NCBI GenBank assembly: GCA_016194975.1
Contig: JACQAM010000005.1
Span: 85,266 to 149,265, forward strand
Source: Bacteroidota bacterium
GTDB taxonomy: Bacteria > Bacteroidota > Bacteroidia > Palsa-965
DNA length: 64,000 nt
Direction of reading: 5' to 3'
Program-made: the position numbers and the translations under genes
Shown here: positions 38,786-48,519 of the stretch, piece by piece
Position numbering within the stretch: the first letter of the stretch is position 1
Layout of the letters: every line of letters begins with the position of its first letter
The notes under the pieces: generated by a model
What the model was told of the DNA's origin: nothing
Seen by the model: only the letters and a program-made list of their open reading frames with translations
Databases searched by the model: none

Positions 38786-38819
38786 CGCAAGAGCAGAAAA
38801 TAAATTACCAGACATTTAT
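38786..38819. repeat. Direct repeat copy 2 (GCAGAAAATAAATTACCAGACATTTATCGGGTGG)
   Basis: Pairs with 37183-37216. Confidence 0.6.
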
Positions 38820-39080
38820 CGGGTGGACGAGTCCGAAAAAAAACAAGAAAGAAGAATCATCTTTCATTCCGCTCACAGTGAATGCCGTTTCGCAAAAACC
38901 ATTTGCTGAAATTCATTTCAGGACACCCGCCTGCGCATTGGCTTTCGCTTCGGCAGGCGGGGATTCGCATCGGCTGTTCACAGATTAAACTGCCTATGCT
39001 TTCTGCATACTGTGCCCCTACTGCATCTGCCGCTGAAAACTGCCTTCTAATCCTTACCTTTATATTCTAAAATTTTACCA

Positions 39081-40301
39081 ATGAAAACTGTGCTGAATTC
39101 CATTGAAGAAGCCATTGCGGAGATCAAAGCCGGGAAAGTGGTGATCGTTGTTGACGATGAGGATCGTGAGAACGAAGGCGATTTTATTGCAGCTGCACAA
39201 CATGTTACTCCCGAAGTGATCAATTTTTTTGCTACGCACGGGCGCGGGCTCATCTGCGCATCCATCACCGACGAGCGCGCAGATGAACTCGGACTTGAAT
39301 TAATGGTGAGTGAAAATTCTTCTGCTTATGAAACTTCATTCACCGTTTCCATCGATCTGAAAGGTCATGGATGCACCACAGGAATTTCTGCTCACGATCG
39401 TTCTAAAACAATTAAAGCGCTCATCGATCCTTCCATCAAACCGGAAGAATTCGGAAAGCCCGGACACATTTTTCCATTGCGTGCGAAAAAAGAAGGAGTG
39501 CTTCGCCGGGCAGGACATACTGAAGCGACGATTGATCTCGCGCGCATGGCCGGGTTCGAACCTGCAGGAGCGCTCGTGGAGATCATGAATGAAGACGGAA
39601 GCATGGCACGTTTACCCGAGTTGCTGGAGATCGCTAAAAAATTTCAGCTGAAAATTATTTCCATTAAAGATCTTATCGAATACCGCCTCCGCACAGAAAG
39701 CAACATCAGTAAAGAAGTGGAAATAGAATTGCCAACTGAGTTCGGTGATTTTAAAATGGTTGCTTACACTCATCTTCCAACCGGGCAACCGCATCTCGCG
39801 ATCTACAAAGGAGAATGGAAAAAAAATGAACCGGTCCTCGTGCGCGTGCACAGTTCCTGCATGACGGGAGATATTTTCGGATCGTGCCGGTGTGATTGCG
39901 GCCCGCAGTTGCACAAGGCGATGGACTTAATTCAGAAAGAAGGAAAAGGCCTCATCGTTTACATGAACCAGGAAGGAAGAGGTATCGGGCTGCTGAATAA
40001 ATTGAAAGCTTACAAATTGCAGGAAGAAGGAAGAGACACTGTGGAAGCAAATACTGATCTTGGTTTCCGCGCCGATGAAAGAGATTATGGCGTGGGCGCA
40101 CAGATTATCCGCGATCTCGGCATTACCAAATTAAAATTAATGACGAATAATCCGACGAAACGTGTTGGGCTTCTCGGTTACGGATTGGAGATCGTAGAAA
40201 ATATTCCGCTGGAGATCCGATCGAATAAATACAATCGCCTTTATCTCGAAACAAAAAGAGACAAACTCGGGCATGTGCTGAAACTGGATGAAATGGATTG
40301 A
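39081..40301 (+). CDS. ribBA: Bifunctional 3,4-dihydroxy-2-butanone-4-phosphate synthase / GTP cyclohydrolase II
   Basis: DHBP synthase N-domain ([12 protein letters not shown]). GTP cyclohydrolase II C-domain with zinc cysteines CRCDCG. Confidence 0.9.
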   Translation: MKTVLNSIEEAIAEIKAGKVVIVVDDEDRENEGDFIAAAQHVTPEVINFFATHGRGLICASITDERADELGLELMVSENSSAYETSFTVSIDLKGHGCTTGISAHDRSKTIKALIDPSIKPEEFGKPGHIFPLRAKKEGVLRRAGHTEATIDLARMAGFEPAGALVEIMNEDGSMARLPELLEIAKKFQLKIISIKDLIEYRLRTESNISKEVEIELPTEFGDFKMVAYTHLPTGQPHLAIYKGEWKKNEPVLVRVHSSCMTGDIFGSCRCDCGPQLHKAMDLIQKEGKGLIVYMNQEGRGIGLLNKLKAYKLQEEGRDTVEANTDLGFRADERDYGVGAQIIRDLGITKLKLMTNNPTKRVGLLGYGLEIVENIPLEIRSNKYNRLYLETKRDKLGHVLKLDEMD

Positions 40302-40377
40302 AAATTTGAGATTCGAAATTCTTTTGGAGTTCGTCCCAAAATATATTTTTCATTCTAAAATGAAAAATAAAAAAATC

Positions 40378-40866
40378 TTATTTCATATTCACAAACTGCA
40401 GCGGCAATTCATAATTTCCTTTCCGGCATAACGAGATCACGGCCTGCAGATCATCTATCTTTTTTCCACTCACCCGTATCATGTCGTCCATTTGCTGTGG
40501 CTGAACTTTCAGTTTGGTGTCTTTGATGTCTTTCTGAATTTTTCTTGCCGTGTCTTTATCAATTCCCTGTTTTATTTTCAGATCCTTCCTGATCATGTTT
40601 CCGCTGGCGTAATGTTCCTTTCCTTCATCAATGCAGCGCGGATCGATCTGCTGCTTCACCATCCTGTTGCGCATAATGTCTATGATGGAATTCAAACGCA
40701 TCTCGTCTTCAGTAACAATTTGCAACGTAAGATTTTTCTTATCGAGATCAATCGTCGTTTGTGTTCCTTTGAAATCAAAGCGTCCGAAAATTTCTTTGCG
40801 CGCAGAATTGATCGCATTGTCGAGCGTCTGCACGTCAATCTTTGAAACAATATCGAAGCTGGGCAT
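40378..40866 (-). CDS. yajQ: YajQ-family (UPF0234) nucleotide / c-di-GMP-binding protein
   Basis: MPSFDIVSKIDVQTLDNAINSARKEIFGRFDFKG is the conserved YajQ N-terminus. 162 aa. Confidence 0.8.
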   Translation of the reverse strand: MPSFDIVSKIDVQTLDNAINSARKEIFGRFDFKGTQTTIDLDKKNLTLQIVTEDEMRLNSIIDIMRNRMVKQQIDPRCIDEGKEHYASGNMIRKDLKIKQGIDKDTARKIQKDIKDTKLKVQPQQMDDMIRVSGKKIDDLQAVISLCRKGNYELPLQFVNMK

Positions 40867-40870
40867 GAAT

Positions 40871-43189
40871 TTATTTTTTGATGAAGGGAATTGTTTTCAG
40901 CAGTGCGCCATTTTCATTATACAAAGCAAGTTCGTAATAACCGTTTGCATAGTTGCTCACCTCCAACTGCTGCAGATTTTTTCCTGAAGTAACTTCTCCA
41001 ACTATTCTCCCATTCTCATCAATAATCCTGTACGTTCGAACCTGATCAGTTTCATTGTAAATGAAATTCAGAACATCATGAGCGGGAACAGGAAAAATAA
41101 CAAGGGTATTCAAAGACGCGCCACCATCGTTCGTCGTCATATTGATGAGTTGTTCCCGCATCGGGAATTTCACCACATAGCCATCTCCATTGGAATGATT
41201 GGTCATTTGATAAGCGCCGGGAGTCACTGCAAGATTTGTACTGTACGTATCGCCGCACGCGATCACGCTCGTATCGCGCGTTACACATTCGCCGTATAAC
41301 GCGTCCGTTCCATTGCCACCCATGAAAGTTCCTGAGATCATATTTCCGCTGGTATCCATCTTGATCACAAATCCATCGGAAATTCCGCCGTAAATATTCT
41401 GAATCGCATTTGCGCTCACCGGGAAATTACTGCTCTGCGTATTGCCGCAAATAAAAATATATTTTCCGAGACGATCCATTGCAAATCCGTTATCCACATC
41501 ATTTCCTCCAATGAAAGTGGACCAGATCAATTGTCCTGAAGGATCGAATTTCGAAACGAACACATCGCTCTGCGCCGACTTGATCGATTGAAAAGAATTT
41601 CCCTGTATGGGAAAATCAATGCTGTAAGTGAATCCGGAAATGTAAAGTGCACCAGAACTATCGGAAACTACCGCATTGCAATCTTCTGTATTCGATCCGC
41701 CGAAAAAAGTAGAATACAAACGTGTTCCGCTCATCGAGAATTTCACGAGATAAACATCCGGCTGCGTGATCATGCCATTTTGAAAAGCATCAAGTGTTAC
41801 CGGAAAATTAATGCTGTATGTTCCGCCCACAAAAACAATTTCTCCCTGCGGAGTCACTGTTACCGAATGAATATCTTCTGTATTCGTTCCTCCATAATAG
41901 GAGATCCATACCGGGTTCAGCGAAGCAGAAAAAACACCAATGAATGCGTCCACCGCTCCGCTCAATGTTTGCTGGTAACCGGTAAATGCAAATGGAAGAT
42001 CTGTAGAAGTGCTGGAACCCGCAATGACAATTCTTCCTGATGTGTCGCGCGCAATGGAGAAGGCCTGGTCGGAACCGGTGCCGCCGAAATAAGTGGAGCG
42101 CACCAATTGCCCGGAATCATTGAGCATGACAATGAATGCATCGTAACTTCCGCCGTTTGTATTCTGCGGCGCATTCATCATGGGAAGATCGGTGCTGCTG
42201 CTCATTCCGCAAATTGCATAAAGTGAATCGAACTTTGCAACAGCATAAGCTCCGTCGAAATTATTTCCGCCGTAGTAAGTGGACCAGAGACAATTTCCAT
42301 TGGAAGCAAAACGACAAACAACTGCATCGTAACTCGCATGAAGTGTATCCTGGAATGAACCGGGAGAAGAAGGAAAATCAGCGCTGCCGGTTCTTCCTGT
42401 TACCACTGCGCCACTGTCGGGAGTAACGCAAGCACCGAATAATTCATCAGCAGAATTTCCACCGAGATAAGTGAGCCATGTTAAAGTTGCCGACTGCGTT
42501 CCGGGATCTCCATTGCGTTCTGAAATATGATAGCGGGGTTTGATAACACCGGGCGTCCATTCCGAAAATTCATTGGCTTCAATTACCTGCAACCGGGAAT
42601 TATTATTGACAAGAAATTCGGAAAATGAACCGGCGTCATTAAAAAATAAATATCCTGCTTCTGTTTCAGAAACAAGAGGAGCAACATTTGAACCGGCAAT
42701 TTCAAATTCCGTGTTATGATCATAAGCGCCGGGGCGAACCGTAAGTTTCCGTTCGAGAAAATTTCCGTTCACAGAAAATTCAAGAGTACATCCGTCCCAG
42801 ATATTCCGGTAAACTATTTTTTCAAACGAACGAATATTGGCAAACGAATTTCCATTGTAATAATTCGTCCGCGTCGGAATAATATTAATTCCTTCCGGAA
42901 TGTATCCTGCGAAATCTTCGGGATCGTTACTATCGGGGAAAAGGAACCAGGTTGTGTTCTCATGCAAACTATCGGAATGCTGTACGACAAAATATCCGCG
43001 ATCGGTAAAAAAATATTCCATTGCACCTGTTCTCAGGATGAATTTTACATTCACGATAAGATGCGTTCCGCCACTGATCATTTCTTTCTGAAAACACCGC
43101 TCTTCGAACGCAGGTTTTCTTTTCCATTCATTTATGGCGGAAGAAGAGAGCGATGAAAAAAAGAATAAGTAAAAAAAGAAGCGGTTCAT
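40871..43189 (-). CDS. SBBP-repeat beta-propeller protein with T9SS C-terminal domain
   Basis: Repeated YYGG(T/S)NxED...V motifs and a C-terminal LVIFPVPAHD...YYELAL sorting domain. Confidence 0.65.
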   Translation of the reverse strand: MNRFFFYLFFFSSLSSSAINEWKRKPAFEERCFQKEMISGGTHLIVNVKFILRTGAMEYFFTDRGYFVVQHSDSLHENTTWFLFPDSNDPEDFAGYIPEGINIIPTRTNYYNGNSFANIRSFEKIVYRNIWDGCTLEFSVNGNFLERKLTVRPGAYDHNTEFEIAGSNVAPLVSETEAGYLFFNDAGSFSEFLVNNNSRLQVIEANEFSEWTPGVIKPRYHISERNGDPGTQSATLTWLTYLGGNSADELFGACVTPDSGAVVTGRTGSADFPSSPGSFQDTLHASYDAVVCRFASNGNCLWSTYYGGNNFDGAYAVAKFDSLYAICGMSSSTDLPMMNAPQNTNGGSYDAFIVMLNDSGQLVRSTYFGGTGSDQAFSIARDTSGRIVIAGSSTSTDLPFAFTGYQQTLSGAVDAFIGVFSASLNPVWISYYGGTNTEDIHSVTVTPQGEIVFVGGTYSINFPVTLDAFQNGMITQPDVYLVKFSMSGTRLYSTFFGGSNTEDCNAVVSDSSGALYISGFTYSIDFPIQGNSFQSIKSAQSDVFVSKFDPSGQLIWSTFIGGNDVDNGFAMDRLGKYIFICGNTQSSNFPVSANAIQNIYGGISDGFVIKMDTSGNMISGTFMGGNGTDALYGECVTRDTSVIACGDTYSTNLAVTPGAYQMTNHSNGDGYVVKFPMREQLINMTTNDGGASLNTLVIFPVPAHDVLNFIYNETDQVRTYRIIDENGRIVGEVTSGKNLQQLEVSNYANGYYELALYNENGALLKTIPFIKK

Positions 43190-43318
43190 TGGTGATTAAT
43201 TGCTTTCCGGATGAAAATCTTTATTAAAGTTATACCATTTCTGCATTCGGTGGGGAGGATAATATTTGTAATTTAGTTCGCCCGAAAAATCTGCCTCATA
43301 ACCATCAATATTAAAAAA

Positions 43319-45049
43319 ATGAAACTAAGGATCGTACTCTTTTTCTCTTTAGTGATTTCTGTTTTCATTATTGTGAATGGGACAAACGAAGCATTTGCCA
43401 ACAACGCAGGTTCCGGCCCGGGATATACGGGTTCTCCTGCCGATGGACAGAATTGCACGCATTGCCATACCGGAACTGCCACAACGGTTGCCGGTTGGAT
43501 CACTTCCAATATTCCGGGAAGCGGATACACGCCTGGAACGACTTACACGATCACGGCTACTGCAACGTTGAACGGTATCAATGAATTCGGTTTTGAAATT
43601 TCGCCGCAGAATATTAGTGGAAATTATATGGGAACGATCGTGGTAACCAACTCAAACGAAACGCAGATCACCGGTGCAAAATACATTACGCACAAAACGG
43701 CAGGAACAGCCGGCACCAATTCAAAAACATGGACATTCAATTGGATTGCTCCACCATCCGGAAGCGGGCCTGTTACTTTTTACGGAGCATTCAATTGTTC
43801 GAACAACAACAACATGTCAAGTGGAGACATCATTAAACTTTCTACGCTTTCAGTAACCGAACTTGCTCCTGCAGGAGTTGATTGCGGAATATTTTCCATT
43901 GTAACTCCGGTTGCTGCTGCATGCGATTCTATAATTACTCCAGTGGTTAAACTCGGCAATTACGGAACAACAACACTCGACAGCGTTAATATCAATTATT
44001 TCATTGACGCAAATACGCCTTCCACTTTCACATGGATTGGAAGTCTTGCCACTTCTTCATTTACAAATGTTACACTTCCACCGGTCATTGCTTCTGCTGC
44101 CGGATCGCACACATTCACCGCCACCACTTCTTCCCCGAATGGAGGAAGTGATATTGTAACTTCGAATGACACGCGTGTTTCAAGTTTCAATCTTGTATTT
44201 GCTGGAAGCGCTCTTCCTTTTTCCGAAGGATTTGAATCAACCACATTCCCACCTGTGGGATGGGTACGGAATAATCCTGACGGACTTACCTCGTGGGCGC
44301 GCGTAACGACTGCGCATTCGAGCGGGGTAGCGAGTGCGAAACTGGATAATTATAATTACAGTTCCATTGGGGCGAGAGACGAACTCGTTACACCGGCGAT
44401 CGATCTCACTACTGATGCTAATCCATCGCTGAGTTGGGAAGTTGCTTATCGTTTGTACACCAATCCTGCTTCTGCCAGTCCACAATCCGATACGCTCACC
44501 GTTTACATTTCCACCGACTGCCAGCAGACGTGGATACAGATTTATAAAAAATACGGTGTGCCGCTTACTACAATCACGCCCGCTTACAGCACAGCGGCTT
44601 TCACTCCTACTGCTGCGCAATGGCGATTGGAAACAGTTTCGTTATTGCCTTATCAGACTTCTTCGAAAGCGTACATTAAATTCGTGAACACCACTGATTT
44701 TGAAAATAATCTTTACCTCGATGATATTTACATCAATGGACCGGCCGCTGTGAATGACCCGTTGTCGGCATTTATTTCTGCCGCACTTTATCCGAATCCC
44801 TGCCTGACCGGCGGGCAGGCTGCGAGTGATAAGATCACGATCGATTACCAGTTGAAAGAAAATGAAAAAGTTTCCATTGACATTTTTGATGTGGATGGAA
44901 AAATATTAAAAAGCGTTCAGCCCGAAGAAAAAACTTCCGGAAAATATTCTGAAGAGATCAGTGTGAATGATTTTCCTGCCGGAATATATTTTGCACGTCT
45001 CACAGCAGGAACTTCCGTCGTGACCAGGAAATTCGTTGTGACAAAATAA
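43319..45049 (+). CDS. Secreted protein with N-terminal CxxCH motif and T9SS C-terminal domain
   Basis: Signal peptide, then GSGPGYTGSPADGQNCTHCH (C-T-H-C-H fits CxxCH), then Ig/CARDB-like regions and an LYPNPC...IYFARL CTD. Confidence 0.6.
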   Translation: MKLRIVLFFSLVISVFIIVNGTNEAFANNAGSGPGYTGSPADGQNCTHCHTGTATTVAGWITSNIPGSGYTPGTTYTITATATLNGINEFGFEISPQNISGNYMGTIVVTNSNETQITGAKYITHKTAGTAGTNSKTWTFNWIAPPSGSGPVTFYGAFNCSNNNNMSSGDIIKLSTLSVTELAPAGVDCGIFSIVTPVAAACDSIITPVVKLGNYGTTTLDSVNINYFIDANTPSTFTWIGSLATSSFTNVTLPPVIASAAGSHTFTATTSSPNGGSDIVTSNDTRVSSFNLVFAGSALPFSEGFESTTFPPVGWVRNNPDGLTSWARVTTAHSSGVASAKLDNYNYSSIGARDELVTPAIDLTTDANPSLSWEVAYRLYTNPASASPQSDTLTVYISTDCQQTWIQIYKKYGVPLTTITPAYSTAAFTPTAAQWRLETVSLLPYQTSSKAYIKFVNTTDFENNLYLDDIYINGPAAVNDPLSAFISAALYPNPCLTGGQAASDKITIDYQLKENEKVSIDIFDVDGKILKSVQPEEKTSGKYSEEISVNDFPAGIYFARLTAGTSVVTRKFVVTK

Positions 45050-45105
45050 TTTTTTTGTAAAACCAATCAATCCTCTATACTAAAAAAAAAACCGAAAACT
45101 GTCCT

Positions 45106-47103
45106 ATGAAACAAATCAAGATCGGCAGCGGAGAAAACAACAATGTTGTACTCGCGCATCCAAGTGTCTCCCCGAATCACCTCGAAATTCTTCTCGATGA
45201 CAGTGGAAATTATTATCTAACGGATCTCAATACGCATTACGGAACATTTGTGAATGGATTCCGTGTGCAGGGTTCCGTTCAACTGCAACTTCGTGATATG
45301 GTGAAAGCCGGCGATATCACTATTCCATGGCAAACTTATTTTGCACCCGCCGGAGCTTTTCAACAGACTGCTCCTCCTCCACAAATGAATCCGGGAATGA
45401 ATCCCGGTATGAATCCGCAAATGAATCCCGGCATGCAGGGAAATCCCATGCAGCCGATGATGCCGCAAAGATCTTCGAAGAAAAAACTTTTCTTCATTCT
45501 CGGCGGAGGAATTCTCGGCGTGTTGCTTATCGGTTTTCTTCTCATCTGGTGGTGGACGCGCGGAAGTGATGCACATCTTAAATTCATTCCGAGAAATGCA
45601 GTTTTTGTGGCTTCCATCAATATGAAAGGAATTGCTTCGAAAATAGATCTCGATAAGATCAAGAATTCTGTCTTATTCGAAGACATGAAAAAAAATATGG
45701 ACCATGGTAATGATGCAGTGTCGCAAGCCATGAATGATCCGATGTCTTCCGGCATTGATATTTTTTCGAAACCTTATTTTTTCATGACCGTCGATCACGA
45801 CGATTATGAAAATCTTTACACGGGCGGAATTGCATTCGCTATTAAGAACGCTGACGATTTTTATTCCTTCATCCAGAAAACAACTGACCACTCCGTGGAA
45901 GGTACCGGCGATTTTCATTATGTGAAAATAGACGGGCATTCCTGCGTAGCATGGAGCAAGGACGGCGGAATTTTCATCGGCACCGACAAACATTCCGACG
46001 ACATGAAAGATTATGCGCGTTCACTCATTGAGCAGCCGGAAAAAGAAAGTATTCTTTCGAATGATGCGTTCGGAAGTTTCCGCAGTGCTGATTACGATAT
46101 CGGCGCGTTCCTCAATTATGACGGGCTCCGGAAAATTCCATTCATCGATATTCCTGATTACATGAAAGGAACTGCGATCATCATGAAACTGAATTTCAAT
46201 AATGGTGAACTCGATTATTCAGCAGAATATGTTCCTTCGAAAGATAATGCCAATGCTCTTCCTGATGTGATCGGAAAGTCGGGCATCAATGCTGATCTGA
46301 AAAAATCTATTCCCGGCGGATCTTTCGGTTTCGCTGCAGTCTCTGTGAACATGAAAGGCCTTTATGATTACATGGACAAGGATGATAAAATGTCGATGTA
46401 CCTCGATGAGATCGCAGAGAAAATGGATATGAAGCGAAAAGATCTTGCTGATATTTTCAGCGGCGATGCTTATTTCGCACTTTCTGATTTCAAAGAGAAA
46501 ATTGTTTCCACGCAGGTTCCTGACTATGAGAACTACGACATCTACAATTATTATGGCTTCTCTTACAAAACGGAAATCGACACCGTTCTTGATTCACGTT
46601 ACATTGTCGGCATTACGGTGAACAATCCTGATCTGTGGAGCAAGATGATGGAAAAATCTGAGCCGGTAGATACCGGGAACGGAGTAAAAATGTGGAGCAC
46701 CGGTTATTATTCCAAGGTTTATTATTTCATGGGCCATCATGGAAAAAATTATTTCATCACCAACGATTATCAGACAGCCAGTGATCTTTCTTCCAATGGC
46801 ACCACCGGAAAATCTGTTTCGGGGCCGAATGATGACCTGCTTTCAAAAAATCCGTTTGCGGCTTACATGAATCTTGATTACAGTTCTTATCCGCTCATCC
46901 TGAAAAAATCACTGCAGGATCAGATGGGCGACCGCGAATACACGACGGCCAGCGAAGCATTGAAGATCTATGATCATGCGTCGTTGACCGGCGACGGAAA
47001 AACATCTAACCTGAATATCTATTTCAAAGACAAAACAACAAATTGCATCAACACACTTTACGGTGCTTTCAATGACGCTTACAAGAAAGAACGCTATCAT
47101 TAA
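45106..47103 (+). CDS. FHA-domain / DUF4836-type membrane protein (cytoplasmic FHA, Pro/Met-rich linker, one TM, large extracytoplasmic domain)
   Basis: The N-terminal ~80 aa has an FHA-like pattern (GS..N..VL....VS..H..I..D.....L.DL.S..GT.VNG). It is followed by a (NPGM)n linker, a hydrophobic helix and a ~480-aa domain. Confidence 0.65.
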   Translation: MKQIKIGSGENNNVVLAHPSVSPNHLEILLDDSGNYYLTDLNTHYGTFVNGFRVQGSVQLQLRDMVKAGDITIPWQTYFAPAGAFQQTAPPPQMNPGMNPGMNPQMNPGMQGNPMQPMMPQRSSKKKLFFILGGGILGVLLIGFLLIWWWTRGSDAHLKFIPRNAVFVASINMKGIASKIDLDKIKNSVLFEDMKKNMDHGNDAVSQAMNDPMSSGIDIFSKPYFFMTVDHDDYENLYTGGIAFAIKNADDFYSFIQKTTDHSVEGTGDFHYVKIDGHSCVAWSKDGGIFIGTDKHSDDMKDYARSLIEQPEKESILSNDAFGSFRSADYDIGAFLNYDGLRKIPFIDIPDYMKGTAIIMKLNFNNGELDYSAEYVPSKDNANALPDVIGKSGINADLKKSIPGGSFGFAAVSVNMKGLYDYMDKDDKMSMYLDEIAEKMDMKRKDLADIFSGDAYFALSDFKEKIVSTQVPDYENYDIYNYYGFSYKTEIDTVLDSRYIVGITVNNPDLWSKMMEKSEPVDTGNGVKMWSTGYYSKVYYFMGHHGKNYFITNDYQTASDLSSNGTTGKSVSGPNDDLLSKNPFAAYMNLDYSSYPLILKKSLQDQMGDREYTTASEALKIYDHASLTGDGKTSNLNIYFKDKTTNCINTLYGAFNDAYKKERYH

Positions 47104-47115
47104 TTTTAAAACCGA

Positions 47116-47145
47116 ACGGCTCCGCAAAACGGGGCCGTTTTTTTA
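47116..47145 (+). terminator. Rho-independent terminator (ACGGCTCCG-CAAAA-CGGGGCCGT + T7)
   Basis: 9-bp stem with one G-U pair followed by TTTTTTT. It abuts the next start codon. Confidence 0.6.
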
Positions 47146-47627
47146 TGACTCCTTCCAATTTCGATCGCATGCTTGAACTCGTGGATGAAGTTTTTTCCAC
47201 GCGCCACGATCCTTCTCAATTGCAGGTGAACGAAGATGTGCTCCATCGCTTGCAGAAAATTCATCCCGCAACTTTATCCGAAGAAAATAATAACGGGCCC
47301 GTTGCCTGGATCCTCATTATCCCGACAACAGAAAAAATCATGAACGAATTTCTCAATGGAAAAATTTCAGAGCAGGAATTATTCGACAAAACATTTCCCG
47401 GTGAAAAATATGAAGCGATCTATCTCTGTTCTGCCACCGTGTTGCCGGAGCACAGGAAAAAAGGGCTCGCGCTCATGCACACACTGCGTGCGATAAATGA
47501 AATCCGTAAAGACCATCCTGTAAAATTTCTATTCGTGTGGCCCTTCACTAACGAAGGAAAACTGCTGGCGGAAAAAATTGCTGAACGGACAAATCTTGAA
47601 TTGAAGATAAAGGAAGCAGTTGAATGA
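47145..47627 (+). CDS. Hypothetical protein (possibly GNAT-like)
   Basis: ORF with coding-like composition. Family assignment is weak. Confidence 0.4.
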   Translation: MTPSNFDRMLELVDEVFSTRHDPSQLQVNEDVLHRLQKIHPATLSEENNNGPVAWILIIPTTEKIMNEFLNGKISEQELFDKTFPGEKYEAIYLCSATVLPEHRKKGLALMHTLRAINEIRKDHPVKFLFVWPFTNEGKLLAEKIAERTNLELKIKEAVE

Positions 47628-47631
47628 TGGT

Positions 47632-47722
47632 TTTTTTTGGAGCGCAACAGTTGTGCTATAAAGCAACCCTTGTCCTGCCACACGCGCTGACGGAGCAGGC
47701 GCGTATGTCAGGGCTAAGAATT
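47632..47722 (+). other. Conserved structured intergenic motif, copy 2 (TTTTGGAGCG ... TTGTCCTGC ... ACGCGC-loop-GCGCGT ... TCAGGGCTAAGAATTCC)
   Basis: Collinear with 6117-6203. The hairpin sequence differs but the stem is retained. It sits in a ~375-nt non-coding region upstream of ompH. Confidence 0.3.
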
Positions 47723-48003
47723 CCCTTCATCACTTCTACTAAGAGGCTGTTTAAAATTCATTTTTTGGAATTGTTATGATGCCATTTTTGTTCAGCCGAG
47801 ACGCATTTTGCAGGCCATAGTGGAGCGACTACGGCCAAGAAATGCAACCCCGCCTGCTAAAGGAAAATGGGTCGTGCGTGGGCGGGCAGGGAAGGATGGA
47901 CAAAAATGGCGCATAACAAAACAGAAGGATGAAATTTAAACAGCCTCTAAGCAACCATTTGCCATCACTGCGTCTTTTTTTACACCACCTCACCCTATCC
48001 ACA

Positions 48004-48519
48004 ATGACAAAAAAAATATTTTTCTTCCTCCTTTTCATTTTCGCATTTTTATTTTCTGTTTCCGGAAAACAAACGATCGCTGCCTTCAACTCCGATACTG
48101 TACTGCAAACAATGCCGGAATATGCAAAGGTGCAGGACTCTCTCGAAAAATTGAAAGTGCGATACGACAGCATTTACAATCTCATTTTAAAAGAATACGG
48201 GCGCAAGGTTTCGCAGCTCGCAACCGACTCCGCGAAAATGTCACCTTTAATAAAACAAATAAGAAAGAAAGAGATCGGGGATATTGCATCAAGAACGTTG
48301 GAGTACCAGTTTGCCGTAGAAGAGGAATTGAGGGATCAGCGAATTAAACTTCTCATCCCGCTTTACGAACGAATAAAGATCGCGGCAGAAACCATCCGGA
48401 AAAAAAATAATTATCTCGCTGTTACCGATAATAAAGAAGGCCTGATGATTACTTCGGTAAATATTCAGCTGGTGAATATCACGAAAGCGATGATCGAAGA
48501 ATTGAAAACAGGAAAATAA
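48004..48519 (+). CDS. OmpH/Skp-family periplasmic chaperone
   Basis: Signal peptide. Coiled-coil-rich ~170 aa with AAFNSDTVLQ...KVQ..LEKL, typical of OmpH. Confidence 0.75.
   Translation: MTKKIFFFLLFIFAFLFSVSGKQTIAAFNSDTVLQTMPEYAKVQDSLEKLKVRYDSIYNLILKEYGRKVSQLATDSAKMSPLIKQIRKKEIGDIASRTLEYQFAVEEELRDQRIKLLIPLYERIKIAAETIRKKNNYLAVTDNKEGLMITSVNIQLVNITKAMIEELKTGK

Noticed and set aside
38628-39070. Two small ORFs (93 aa and 62 aa) after the RES-like gene
   Set aside because: They span the second 34-nt direct repeat and a perfect 9-bp stem hairpin (CCCGCCTGC...GCAGGCGGG). They are probably remnants of mobile-element sequence rather than genes. No motif supports a product.
39541-39560. GGTTCGAACC (tRNA T-loop-like) sequence
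   Set aside because: It lies in-frame inside ribBA, encoding MAGFEPAGA. There is no acceptor-stem or anticodon-arm context. No tRNA or rRNA genes were found in the window.
47628-48003. Known ncRNA (RNase P RNA, tmRNA, SRP RNA, 6S RNA) in the long spacer upstream of ompH
   Set aside because: The conserved signatures I can recall are absent. These include RNase P GGAAAGUCCGG boxes, the tmRNA tag-reading frame and 3' tRNA-like end, and the SRP GGAA/AGCAGCC domain IV. It is retained only as an unclassified structured motif.
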